Positions 19,815 to 30,100 of a stretch of DNA of 64,000 nt are shown here, one piece after another; position 1 is the stretch's first letter, and each line of letters starts with the position of its first letter. Under the pieces are notes generated by a model. It saw nothing but the letters and a program-made list of their open reading frames with translations. It had not been told where the DNA came from and searched no databases. A program made the position numbers and the translations under genes. Source of the stretch: Bacteroidia bacterium (lineage in GTDB: Bacteria > Bacteroidota > Bacteroidia > AKYH767-A > 2013-40CM-41-45); assembly GCA_038230515.1 (NCBI GenBank), contig JBBRND010000015.1:13694-77693 (forward strand), written 5' to 3'.

Positions 19815-20798
19815 CTACGATTTTTTGTTCTTCAAATAAATTCGCTGTCCCGGTCTTACTTCGGCATTTTCAGAAAGATTGTTCCACTTTAAAAGCAACC
19901 GTAGTTTTACTCCTTGTTCCTGCGCTACATCATGCAGCGTTTGTCCTTGCTTAAGAGTGTAAAATGTGCGGTCGCCTGTTCTTTTCTTTGGCTTCAGATA
20001 AATTTTTTCTCCTTCATCAAGAGGAGTGCTCTTGCTGACTTCGTTGTATTTTAAGATTTGCCATTCTCCCATTTCAAATTCATCGGCAATGGTGCGGTAG
20101 TTGTCGCCATCTTTGGCTATTACGTAAGGGGTTTCATTCGTATAAAAAACCTGGTGACCTCCGAATGGATTAATCACATCCGTAGTGGGAACAAAAATGC
20201 GCTCCGTAGTTTTCCGCACAGGGGGTTCCGGCTTTGCTGATGCTACGGGTTCATATATTTCTTTCGGCAGTTCTCCACCGCGATCCAACTCGTACAGTTT
20301 AAAGTCTTCAATAATTTTTATGATTCGCCCTGCATACTGCGGGTTAGTTGCATAGCCGGCTTTTTTCAATCCATAAGCCCATCCTTTGTAATCGGTAGCG
20401 TCAAGCAGGAACAGTTCTGCATAGCGGGGTCGGGTTCTTAAAAAATTAGAATGATCATCATAGGATTCGAGCGCGCCTTTGTATTTGCGGAAACATTCAT
20501 TGCGCCTGTCGTCATCCTGTACGTAGGTATCCCCGTTCCAGTCAGCACATTTTATTCCGAAGTGATTGTTGGCTTCTATCGCCAGGGGGCTGTTTCCATC
20601 CTGCGATTCGAGGCATGCCTGCGCCATCGTAATGCTTGCGGGTACACCGGTTTTTTTCATATCGCGAACGGCATCGCTTTTATATTTTGCAATGTATTCT
20701 TCGCGAGTCATCTTTCCATCGGCTGCAAATGCAGGGGGCGATGGCAGCAGGTAGGATGCGATTGCAAAAACAAATAAGGTGGGAATGGTGGTTTTCAT
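19815..20798 (-). CDS. Peptidoglycan hydrolase: a glucosaminidase (FlgJ/mannosyl-glycoprotein endo-beta-N-acetylglucosaminidase-like) domain plus C-terminal LysM repeats.
   Basis: Has a signal peptide and the family motif ITMAQACLESQDGNSPLAIEANNHFGIK. There are two C-terminal LysM-like segments (YTLKQGQTLHDVAQEQGV..., RVKRGDTLWSI-type). Confidence 0.7.
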   Translation of the reverse strand: MKTTIPTLFVFAIASYLLPSPPAFAADGKMTREEYIAKYKSDAVRDMKKTGVPASITMAQACLESQDGNSPLAIEANNHFGIKCADWNGDTYVQDDDRRNECFRKYKGALESYDDHSNFLRTRPRYAELFLLDATDYKGWAYGLKKAGYATNPQYAGRIIKIIEDFKLYELDRGGELPKEIYEPVASAKPEPPVRKTTERIFVPTTDVINPFGGHQVFYTNETPYVIAKDGDNYRTIADEFEMGEWQILKYNEVSKSTPLDEGEKIYLKPKKRTGDRTFYTLKQGQTLHDVAQEQGVKLRLLLKWNNLSENAEVRPGQRIYLKNKKS

Positions 20799-21024
20799 AG
20801 ATTGCTATAAAATGAATAACGGAGTTTTTGGGGATTTATTTTAACGCACAAAGGTTTTGTAAGGTTTTGCTTAAAATAAAATTAGTTTAACTTTTCGGCT
20901 TTCATCTCTTTTCATGCAATTATTAAACTCAGCATGGCTGATTTCTGAAGCACGCGGCACATCAAAAACAAAAACCGCCCAGGTTTCCCGGAGCGGCTTT
21001 TGAAAAGACATGATAAAAGAAAGA

Positions 21025-22029
21025 CTACTTCGAAACTTTTGCCGTTTGCGGCTGACTTTGCGGTGCGGGTATGTTTTCGAAACTTGGCGCGCAGATGCAT
21101 GTTGCAAGTACTGCTTTGCCTTTTTGAAAATTATACGGACCGAAAGTTTTTGATTTTACTCCATTGCCTGATATGGTGATGGTGCGGATTCCCGGAAAGA
21201 ATGCTTTTACTGATACAAATCCGTTTTCATCAGTGATTCCGCTTACGGCTTTGTAACTATTGCCGGTTTCAGGATCAGTGAATGCATCAACGGTAACTTT
21301 TGCATAGATGAATGGTTTGCTCAGTTCGTCTATTACCAGCACGTCTGCACGGGTATGGCGTTTTGCTGCGGTGTCTGTAAGCTCGCGCTGGCTGCGGTAG
21401 CCGATGTAGTATGCAGATTGCGTCTGCATTAATCTTGCTACGAGTCCATCAATTTGATTGCGCACAAGATTCATTGCATCGGTGATGGCTTGTGAATATT
21501 CTGCACCTGTAGATTTGCGTTGCTTAATGGCTTCGGTTGGCAGATTGAGCACACCATTGTATGCAGCCAACTGAGTTTGCCAGTCTGTGATGGTTGCAGC
21601 GGTGATGTTGTAGCTACTTAAAGAAGCAACTACTGCATCGGTTGCGGTGATGGCATTGGCAATGGTTGTTGCCAGTTTAACAAACGCCATGCGCTGGAGT
21701 GAACTCAAATTGAATTTCACTTTTGCGGCAAGCGTAGGGTTTGGCGATGATGGTTGCGTTGCAAAAGCATACACACTTTTCATAATGGTGTAGCTGAAGT
21801 TAGCAAGATCTAACCGCGACTGCCTGCGCAGGTTGGTTATGCCGGTAATAACAGCGTGGTACTGATCAAACAGACTTGTGCAATTACTTTGCTTAGTATT
21901 AAGTAATGCAAATGCTGCCTCGAGTGCTGCAACGCTATTGGTGATTGATACCCTTGAAGGGTCTTGAGAATACGAATTGATTCGCATAATCATTTGTAGC
22001 TGGGCTACTGTGTAATAAGGTATGAACAT
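21025..22029 (-). CDS. Hypothetical protein.
   Basis: A 334-aa ORF with no signal peptide. The C-terminal part is beta-rich. A weak terminator lies downstream. Confidence 0.4.
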   Translation of the reverse strand: MFIPYYTVAQLQMIMRINSYSQDPSRVSITNSVAALEAAFALLNTKQSNCTSLFDQYHAVITGITNLRRQSRLDLANFSYTIMKSVYAFATQPSSPNPTLAAKVKFNLSSLQRMAFVKLATTIANAITATDAVVASLSSYNITAATITDWQTQLAAYNGVLNLPTEAIKQRKSTGAEYSQAITDAMNLVRNQIDGLVARLMQTQSAYYIGYRSQRELTDTAAKRHTRADVLVIDELSKPFIYAKVTVDAFTDPETGNSYKAVSGITDENGFVSVKAFFPGIRTITISGNGVKSKTFGPYNFQKGKAVLATCICAPSFENIPAPQSQPQTAKVSK

Positions 22030-22337
22030 TGTTTTTAAAATTTATATTGTTTAATTAATAGTTGTTACACGAGAAAAAAACCACTGATGTTTAAAGGTTT
22101 TGATGGAAACCTTACAGTTTTTGTGTGGAAGGGGAAGAAAGTGCTGCGAGTTCTCTAACTTAGACTATAAAGAAAAAACTGTTGCGCTTGTTGAATGGCT
22201 GGTCTAGCTGTGCGCACAAGAAATTCTGCGAGAGATGACTGGCTGGCAATGAAACTACCTAAACTCTACAGGAACAAAATTAATTTGTTCAATATTTCGC
22301 TTTTCATACGTTTGCAATTCACTTTAAAACCACTCGT

Positions 22338-23006
22338 ATGAAAAAGCGACTATTATTCTCCGCCACAATTTTCTTAACAGTATGTGCACTCTATGTAAAA
22401 GGGCAAAGCCCGATGGCGGAAACCAATAGTGATGGATCATCTCCCAATAAACAAACCGTTTATCCCGAAGGAGGGTATGATAACTTTGAAGATTTAAACA
22501 GCAAAAAACCATCAGCGAAAGTTAAATACGGAATCAGAGAACGCCCAGACAAGGAAATAGAAAAAATTGGAGGAAACGATTACGATGCAGAGTTCCTGGA
22601 TGAAAAAACCGGAAAATGGCATAGAGAAAGAGAAGTATTTGCAATTTCGGACGGAAAAAAATTATACCTCAACGGCCGGTCGTTCAATCTTCCTATAGGA
22701 TTTATGGAAGTAATTGAGGAAGGATATTACCTTGTTTTTTTATGTTCTACTCCTTCTGCGAGCAGAACAAACGTTTCGGAATTAGGAGCAGTATCAGTTA
22801 ATCAAGACATCGGGCGTGTGCGCAAAAAAATCTATTACTGCCTCGATACTTCTACGGGCAAAGCGAAAATGTTTAATAAGCTGCTTTTAAGACAACTATT
22901 AAACAATCATTCCGATTTAGCCAATCGGTTTGAGAGCGAACCTGAAAATACGAAAATAGAAGTAGAGATGGAATATCTCAGGCTGCTTAATGCTGCAATA
23001 AAATAA
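22338..23006 (+). CDS. Secreted hypothetical protein.
   Basis: Has a signal peptide (MKKRLLFSATIFLTVCALYVKG). Confidence 0.45.
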   Translation: MKKRLLFSATIFLTVCALYVKGQSPMAETNSDGSSPNKQTVYPEGGYDNFEDLNSKKPSAKVKYGIRERPDKEIEKIGGNDYDAEFLDEKTGKWHREREVFAISDGKKLYLNGRSFNLPIGFMEVIEEGYYLVFLCSTPSASRTNVSELGAVSVNQDIGRVRKKIYYCLDTSTGKAKMFNKLLLRQLLNNHSDLANRFESEPENTKIEVEMEYLRLLNAAIK

Positions 23007-23078
23007 ACAACACTAAGAATGGAGGCACCTGACACGAGAAAAAACTACGTGTCAGGAGGTGGGTTCAGGAAATTTTAT

Positions 23079-24020
23079 TTATTTATTTATTGTAGGTTTA
23101 TAATCATAACGAAAAAGAAAAGGTTCCGCATCGACATTCCCTTGTGTAAGCGCTGGCTTTATATTTTCAAATATTGATTGCACAACCTTGAATTGAGATG
23201 TTTCAATTAACCCAAAACCTACTAGCATAGTATATGATCTAATTGATAAACTATCATCCATTTCATTATAGCATGGAGCATCTACATATATAAGACATCC
23301 AATAGTTTTTTCGTTTCGCTTTGCATCCCAACCGGATTTATGCTTCTTAAAGAATTCTTCTGCAAAGAATCGTAATTGAGAATCCAATGACGTATTATTG
23401 GGAGCGCGAAGTGTATAATGATCTTTATTAACCAATTTACTAATTGAAATTGCAACTAGACCATAACCTTTTGCATCAGATGAATATCTTTTGTCTAATT
23501 GGCTGTAAGCTTTAGCAACATTGCTTGAAATCTGCTTTTCGCTGGATGGACGTTTGCACTCTATATAATAATTACCATCTAAAGTTTGATACTCCAAGTC
23601 ACTTTCATTGCCGAAAACAATGTCGTATCCTCCCATTAACAATGTTGCCCCTAAAAATAGTTCAAATCCAATATCACGTGGATTATTTGTTGATTTCAGA
23701 GGATTCTCATCATCAATATTTATTGGGCCATTGATATAAGTCTTTAACCTTCCTATAAGATTTTCTGAAATGTTTGTTTTAGTTAGTCCCGAATAAATGC
23801 TAACAAGTTGATTTATCTCATAAAAAGCCTTCCCGAAATTATTATATTCTTCTGTTTCTTGTAAACTCTTATGTGTTCCGTTTTGAATGGCGGAAATGTA
23901 TCCGGCTAAGTATTTTCTATGATTATGTATTCGTGTATTAGATTCTATTCCCAAAGATTTAAGCATGGCAATAAATGAATCTAAATTAGCCAACTGGACA
24001 TTTAAATTATCAGTATACAT
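23079..24020 (-). CDS. Hypothetical protein with a PD-(D/E)xK nuclease-like core, a candidate restriction endonuclease.
   Basis: Middle region reads DIGFELFLGATLLMGGYDIVFGNESDLEYQTLDGNYYIECKRP, giving E...D...ExK with canonical spacing. It lies 75 bp downstream of the DUF262-HNH gene on the same strand, and the region is AT-rich. Confidence 0.35.
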   Translation of the reverse strand: MYTDNLNVQLANLDSFIAMLKSLGIESNTRIHNHRKYLAGYISAIQNGTHKSLQETEEYNNFGKAFYEINQLVSIYSGLTKTNISENLIGRLKTYINGPINIDDENPLKSTNNPRDIGFELFLGATLLMGGYDIVFGNESDLEYQTLDGNYYIECKRPSSEKQISSNVAKAYSQLDKRYSSDAKGYGLVAISISKLVNKDHYTLRAPNNTSLDSQLRFFAEEFFKKHKSGWDAKRNEKTIGCLIYVDAPCYNEMDDSLSIRSYTMLVGFGLIETSQFKVVQSIFENIKPALTQGNVDAEPFLFRYDYKPTINK

Positions 24021-24095
24021 TGGGACAGATCATTTTTATGAGTGTTATACCTTTATTCAACTCTCCAAAGTATCTTCTGGACTTACAGAAAACTA

Positions 24096-25259
24096 TTACC
24101 GATTTCCTTTTGCCCGATTGTGTGTCTTGCATAACATCTGACAGTTTTTAGAATCAGTAGCGCCACCTTTGCTCCATGCTGCTACATGGTCGGCATCCAT
24201 TTCTACCAGCTTATAAATCTTACCCTTGTTGGCATCATTTCCAAGGGCACAAAGCGGACAGTTTGATTCATCTTTAGTTTCAGCAGTTTTAGTTTGCGTT
24301 GAATAAACAGATTTTTTAGTTGCATCATCAAACACGCGCACTTCCAACAACTTTGTGTCCACCGAGCCGCCAAGGATGAATTCAAAAACACCCTTTCGGT
24401 TTTTGATATACGGATCACCGTAGAGCTTTTTTACTTCGGCTGATACCTTCTTAGGATCATACGCTGTGTTATGATATTCTTCATAGAGGCGACCCCATTC
24501 TAATCCGCACATTTCGCTTTCTACATCTATAAATGTGGTTGAAACCCAATCAATCACTGTGTTGAAATAGGTTTTTAATTCTTTGATGTTTTTGTCTTTG
24601 CGATGGCGGCTCATGTATTCATCAATGCCGCCTTTACTTACCCAGTCTAAGGCGCGTTCTAAAAACGCCTGCCTGTTGGCGCTGCCCTTTATATAGGCGC
24701 TCCATTTTTGGATGTTAGAATTTTGGCTGTTGCTAAACTCCTCTTTGCCGAGTGTGACAAACGGACCGGAATAAATTGAGTTGAGCAATTCCTGATGACT
24801 GAGCGGAACACCTGCAATGTTGATGGTTTTGAACCACTCTTTTATCTCGCTCTCTTCGCCTTCACATTCATAAATGAGAATTTGAGTTTTATAAATCATA
24901 GCCCTTTTATCATCCGCAATACCGTCAAAGTATTGCTCCATGCCGTTTTCATCTTTCACGGCAAATTTGTTGGTGACATAGCGCCCGAAGCTGGTGATGC
25001 GCTGTTGCCCGTCTAACACTTCAAATTTATCGTCACTCACTTTTACGAAATAGATCAAGCCCAAGGGGTAGCCCTTGAGGATAGATTCAATAACCGCTAC
25101 ATCTCTTTTGCCATCGGCATAGATATAGTTACGCTGATACTCCGGCTGTATGGTGAGTTTGCCGCTCAAGCCAAACAGCCCTTTGCCTTCCAATTCATTA
25201 TACTGAAAGCCCTCGCAAATATCTTTGACAGTGATGTTGGTTATTAGTGTTGTTTTCAT
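24096..25259 (-). CDS. DUF262 (ParB/Srx-like, DGQQR motif) N-terminal domain fused to a C-terminal HNH endonuclease. This is the GmrSD/BrxU/SspE-like architecture.
   Basis: The N-terminus has [10 protein letters not shown]...[10 protein letters not shown]. The C-terminus has CPLCALG...[32 protein letters not shown], an HNH His-Me finger with CxxC...C pairs. Its start overlaps the MTase stop by 4 nt. Confidence 0.6.
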   Translation of the reverse strand: MKTTLITNITVKDICEGFQYNELEGKGLFGLSGKLTIQPEYQRNYIYADGKRDVAVIESILKGYPLGLIYFVKVSDDKFEVLDGQQRITSFGRYVTNKFAVKDENGMEQYFDGIADDKRAMIYKTQILIYECEGEESEIKEWFKTINIAGVPLSHQELLNSIYSGPFVTLGKEEFSNSQNSNIQKWSAYIKGSANRQAFLERALDWVSKGGIDEYMSRHRKDKNIKELKTYFNTVIDWVSTTFIDVESEMCGLEWGRLYEEYHNTAYDPKKVSAEVKKLYGDPYIKNRKGVFEFILGGSVDTKLLEVRVFDDATKKSVYSTQTKTAETKDESNCPLCALGNDANKGKIYKLVEMDADHVAAWSKGGATDSKNCQMLCKTHNRAKGNR

Positions 25260-26356
25260 TTGGTTGTTTTCTTGTGCTTGATAAGTATTCGAGTATAAAG
25301 CCTTTTGTTATTTACATACCCCCTATCTAACTTGCCTTTCCACTTAGAGTTAACTAATTCAGGTAGAAGTCCATCTTTGACATAATAATCGCTTCCAACA
25401 ATTTCAAACTGCTCAGGAGAATATTTATCAAGAAAGCTAATCGGCACACCCATCACACCATCAAAATCACTTGGGATGTATTTGACAAATGGCACTTCAA
25501 TTGCATCATAGTTATCATATTTTTCAAACGGTTTTTTAGTACCAAATTTTATTAGGTCCTCCTTGTTCATTAATGCCAACGGTTGATGACGTCTTCCATG
25601 GTCTATGTTGGTGAACCAACATGAATTTCCAAGTCTTGTATAATCCCCTACATATCCAAGTCGAGCTGCTTTCTGTCGGTCTTTTTCATCAACTTCTGTC
25701 CCTTTTGGAACAGCAAAGACCATGTCGTTAACAAAACCCGTTGCTCCCAACCAAATTTTATTTTCTTTTATCAATGGAAAAACTTCTGTGTAAGTTATAG
25801 CATTTATACTACCAATTATCACAAACTGCTTATTAGCCTCTATAACCCACCCTAAAAAATCACGAAACATTGAGAAAGGCGGATTGGTGATGATGATGTC
25901 GGCTTCATCGCGCAGCTTTTTTATTTCTTTACTATTAAAATCACCATCGCCTTTTAAATAATGCCACTCTAAGTCATCTACATCTATTTTTCCATCACCG
26001 GTGTTGTCGCGGGTGAGGGTGAAAATCTTTCCGTGTTTGGTGGTTTTCTTTTTATCGTATTGCGGAGCGCGTTCTTCAAACAGCGAGGGCTGGTAACCGC
26101 TTTTGTATTTTTTACTTTCGGCAGCATAGCTGGTGCTGATGAGTTTTTTCAAGCCAATGCGCTGAAAGTTTTGAGCAAAAAATTTAGTGAAGTTGCTCCA
26201 CTCCGGGTCATCGCAGGGCAGCAGCACCGTTTTACCACGAAACACTTTAGGGTTGTAATCCAAGTAGGCATTGATCTCTTTTTCTATATCGTGGTATTGC
26301 GTGTAGAACTCATCGTTCTTTGCCTTTTTTGCGTTGGTGAGATTACTGTTTGCCAT
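25256..26356 (-). CDS. N6-adenine DNA methyltransferase, EcoRI-methylase-like.
   Basis: The N-terminus [21 protein letters not shown] resembles the M.EcoRI family start. It has a catalytic IITNPPFS (NPPF) motif and an FxGxG-like AdoMet region. Confidence 0.65.
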   Translation of the reverse strand: MANSNLTNAKKAKNDEFYTQYHDIEKEINAYLDYNPKVFRGKTVLLPCDDPEWSNFTKFFAQNFQRIGLKKLISTSYAAESKKYKSGYQPSLFEERAPQYDKKKTTKHGKIFTLTRDNTGDGKIDVDDLEWHYLKGDGDFNSKEIKKLRDEADIIITNPPFSMFRDFLGWVIEANKQFVIIGSINAITYTEVFPLIKENKIWLGATGFVNDMVFAVPKGTEVDEKDRQKAARLGYVGDYTRLGNSCWFTNIDHGRRHQPLALMNKEDLIKFGTKKPFEKYDNYDAIEVPFVKYIPSDFDGVMGVPISFLDKYSPEQFEIVGSDYYVKDGLLPELVNSKWKGKLDRGYVNNKRLYTRILIKHKKTTK

Positions 26357-26505
26357 ATTTGCTCAAAGAGAATTTAAGAACTCTGTGAAATTTTTCAGAA
26401 GCCGAAAGTCCACATTTCTCTTCTCCCCACCAAATTGAATTCTTCTCTTACAGAAACCTTACACTTTTCTTTAAACCTTCTAAATTTTAAAAATTTCTCG
26501 CAATA

Positions 26506-26950
26506 CCGTGAACTTTGCGGACTAAACAGCGAGCAATAATCTCTAAACATTGAACTTTGCGGGCTAAACCGTGAACAAGATTCTCTAAACACTGACCTTT
26601 GCGGGCTAAACCGTGAACAAGATTCTCTAAACACTGACCTTTGCGGGCTAAACCGTGAACAATTTTCTCTAAACACTGACCTTTGCGGGCTAAACCGTGA
26701 ACAAGATTCTCTAAACACTGACCTTTGCGGGCTAAACCGTGAACAAGATTCTCTAAACACTGACCTTTGCGGACTAAACCGTGAACAATTTTCTCTGAAC
26801 ACTGAACTTTGCGGACTAAACCGTGAACAATTTTCTCTGAACACTGAACTTTGCGGGCTAAACGGTGAACAAGTTTCTCTGAACGCTGAACTTTGCAGAC
26901 TAAACGGTGAACAAGTTTCTCTGAACGCTGAACTTTGCAGACTAAACAGC
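26506..26950. repeat. Tandem array B: about 10.5 copies of a 42-bp unit made of two 21-bp half-units (ctaaaccgtgaacaagattct + ctaaacactgacctttgcggg). The sequence drifts progressively along the array.
   Basis: Example units lie at 26564-26584 and 26585-26605. The array occupies almost the whole spacer between the smc stop (27182) and the MTase start (26356). The overlapping 191-aa ORF is a repeat artefact. Confidence 0.9.
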
Positions 26951-27181
26951 AATGTTACTTTTCCAAACATGAAACATGCTGCACATTACATGGTTGTTAT
27001 GAGGGTAGTGCACGAGGTTATAGCAGAAGAATTTTCCGCGTGTTTGCCCTGCTGCAAACTTTACACTTCAGACCTTAAATTAATCAGATTGATTTAAAAC
27101 GCTACCCGAGAAAAGTTCGGAGGCGTTTTATTTGCGTATTTACTTATTCGTAAATTCGAAACGATCAGCTATTCGCACAAC

Positions 27182-30100
27182 CTACGCTTCCTCCATCTCC
27201 GTCAAATCCACCGGCACCACCTGTGTAACGCCCAGCTCTGCCATCGTAATTCCGTAAATAATGTCAGTAGCAGTCATCGTGCGCTTGTTGTGAGTGATGA
27301 TGATGAACTGAGATTCCGAAGAAAATTTCTTGATGATGTTATTGAACTTGTCAATGTTCGTATCATCAAGCGGAGCATCCACCTCATCGAAGATGCAGAA
27401 CGGTGCGGGCTTGATAAGATAAATACCAAAGAGAAGCGCAATGGCAGTCAGCGTTTTTTCTCCACCGCTTAATTGAGAAATGCTCAACGGACGTTTTCCC
27501 TTTGGTTTTGCAATAATCTGAACATCGCTGTCAGTAGGGTTTGCAGGATCAAGGAGAATCAAATCACAATCATCATCCTCTGTAAACAGCGACCGGAAAA
27601 CCTTGATGAAGTTCGTGCGGATGTCCGTAAACGCCTTCATGAAATTTTCTTTCGCAGTAATTTCTATTTCTGCAATGGTTTGCAAGAGTGATTCTTTTGC
27701 TTTTGCCAGATCATCCTTTTGTTCAATAATAAAAGTGTGACGTTCTTCAATTTCGTTGTATGCCTCCACCGCCATCGGATTAATCGGTCCGTAGTTTTCA
27801 AGCTGCGAGCGTTGCTTCATCACTTTTTCGCGAAGCGTTTCTTCGGTCCAGTCAGGCGAAGGATCTTTTTCAATCAGCTCATTTATGTCAATGCTGAACT
27901 CAACGCTCAATCTTTCCTTCAAACTGTTCAGTTGCATTTTCAGTTCCATCGTTCGCTCCTTTACTTGCTGCGCAAGCTGATCGCTTTGTTCTTTGCGGTA
28001 ACGTAATTGGCGGATGGTGTTCTCCAGTTCATCAATTGAACCACGCGCTTTAAAATAAGTTGCTTCGAGAGTAGTCACTGTTTTTTCAAACTCTTCTTTA
28101 TCCGCATACAGTGCGATCAGGTGCGCGTCAAACTCCTCACTCGTGTTTATCAGTTCAGCAATCAACACCTGCACGTTTTCATACTCAGCCGTATTGGTGG
28201 TGATATTTTTTTGCAACGTTTCAAGAAGCGCGGTCTTGTAATTTAGATCGCGCACAATTGTTCCAATTTTATTCTGCTGCTGAATACACCGTATATTATG
28301 CTGATTAAATTCATTGCTCTGCTTTTCAAGTTCAGCAGATGCATCATTATACTGCGTTTGCAAAAGTGCCAGCCGCTCACTCAGCGTATTAAATTCCGAC
28401 TTCAATTGATCAAGATGTTGTTGGTGGCTCTCGCTGCTTTGCATAAACGAACCTTCCAGTGCATGCAATTGATTTTCGAGTTCACTCAAAACTTTTTTGT
28501 TGTTCTCGATTGCGGAAAATAAATGCTCCGCCTTGCTGCTGATGGAAGAAAACTCATGCGCTACTTTATTGAGTTCCTGTTGCAGTTTATTTTTTCCTAA
28601 AGCAACTCTTTCCCTGCGTTGTTTGGTTTCAGAAAGATCGCGCTGCATGCTGTCGCGAAGCGTTTTTACTTTTGAAAGAGAAACAGTAAGTTGTTCAATC
28701 TCCTTGCTCAATATTTCAAGGTGCTTTGCTCTGCCAATTCTCTTTCCGTCAAATAAACCTACAGAGCCACCGCTCAGCGCATGTTTCGTGCGGCAGTATT
28801 TTCCATTCTGAGAAATGAATACGAGTGATTTATTTTCATTCCTGAGATTCGGAGTGTTGTCCTGATCTTCCGTGACGATGTAAACATTGCGGAGAAGATA
28901 GCTGCACAACGGACGATACTTTTCTTCCACTTCAAGAATCTCCATGGCATGCACACATCCCGAAATTTTTTCGGGAGAAGAATTAGTTTCTCCTTCAAAA
29001 TTTTTCAGAATAAAAAAGTTCGCGCGCCCTTTTGAAGCTTCGCTGAGAAGATTTACCGCCTTGCTTGCTTCATCAATATCATCAATTACAAAATAGTTCA
29101 TGTACGGCTCCAGGAAAATTTCCAGTGCCGATTTGTATTCATTCCCCGCGCTCAGCACATCGCTGAACAAAGGCGCCTTCGCAGCTGGGGAAGCACTCTT
29201 TTTTATATACCGCAGCGATTCAGGATATCCTTCCAGGTTGTCAACTAAACTTTTTGTGAGCTTGTATTCATTTTCTTTTGAATCAAGTTTTCTGCCTTCG
29301 CCCATCAACTCATCAGTCAAACGTTTCAATTCGTCTTCCATGTGAATGATGCTCTCCGCTATCTGCTCTTCACTTTCAGCAAGCGATTGAAGTTCGGTTT
29401 CCTTTAACTCCTTTTCTGTTTTCGCTTCCGAAACTTTTGATGCAATCGTTTCATGCTCGGTTGACTTCAATTCAGTATCACTCTTCAAACGGTCAATCTC
29501 TTTATGCAAAGAATCTTTCCGCGCCTGTGCAACCGCATAACTTTTTTCTGATTCATGCATAGAAAGCTGAATCGCTTTCACTTCTTGCGAAACTAAATTC
29601 ACTTCACTCTTTAATGAATCATGATTCAGCCGCGCCTGATCAACTACCGTGCGCAAATCATTCAACTGTTGCTGAAGTTCAGTAAGCAGATTTTCCTCGT
29701 TGAACTTTTCTTCTTCAAGAAGTTTTATCTGATCCTGCGTTTGAACAAGATTTGTTTTATCAGAACTTAATTGCTGTGCGAGTTGTGTTTCTTTATCCTG
29801 CAGATGTTTCAGCTTTTCATTGCTGATCTTCTTATCATTCTCTTGCTGGCGGATGTGAGAGATTTTTTCGTTGAGTTGCTTTTGTGCTTCACTCAATTCT
29901 TTTTCAAGATCAAGGTTCGCAAGTTTATCTTTCTGAAGTGTTGCCTCTCCCTCTGCAACCTGCGCTTCAAGTGCAATGCGTTCTTCAATCTGTTTTGTCT
30001 CCTGAAGTTGCAATTCTTCGTATGTTACCTTGTTCGATGCAATGGTGAACAGCGCAAGTTCCTTACTCAACTCTTTGTATTGCTCTTTTAATTTATAGTA

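Noticed and set aside
26395-26970. The 191-aa ORF (SPQRSVFRESCSRF repeats) and the overlapping ORFs across array B could be repeat-containing proteins
   Set aside because: The periodicity is at the nucleotide level (21 bp). All frames on both strands are open simply because the unit lacks stop codons. There is no plausible start or RBS context. The same holds for 8135..8404, 8165..8419, 8181..8408 and 8284..8493 over array A, and for 60217..60627 and 60236..60724 over array C.
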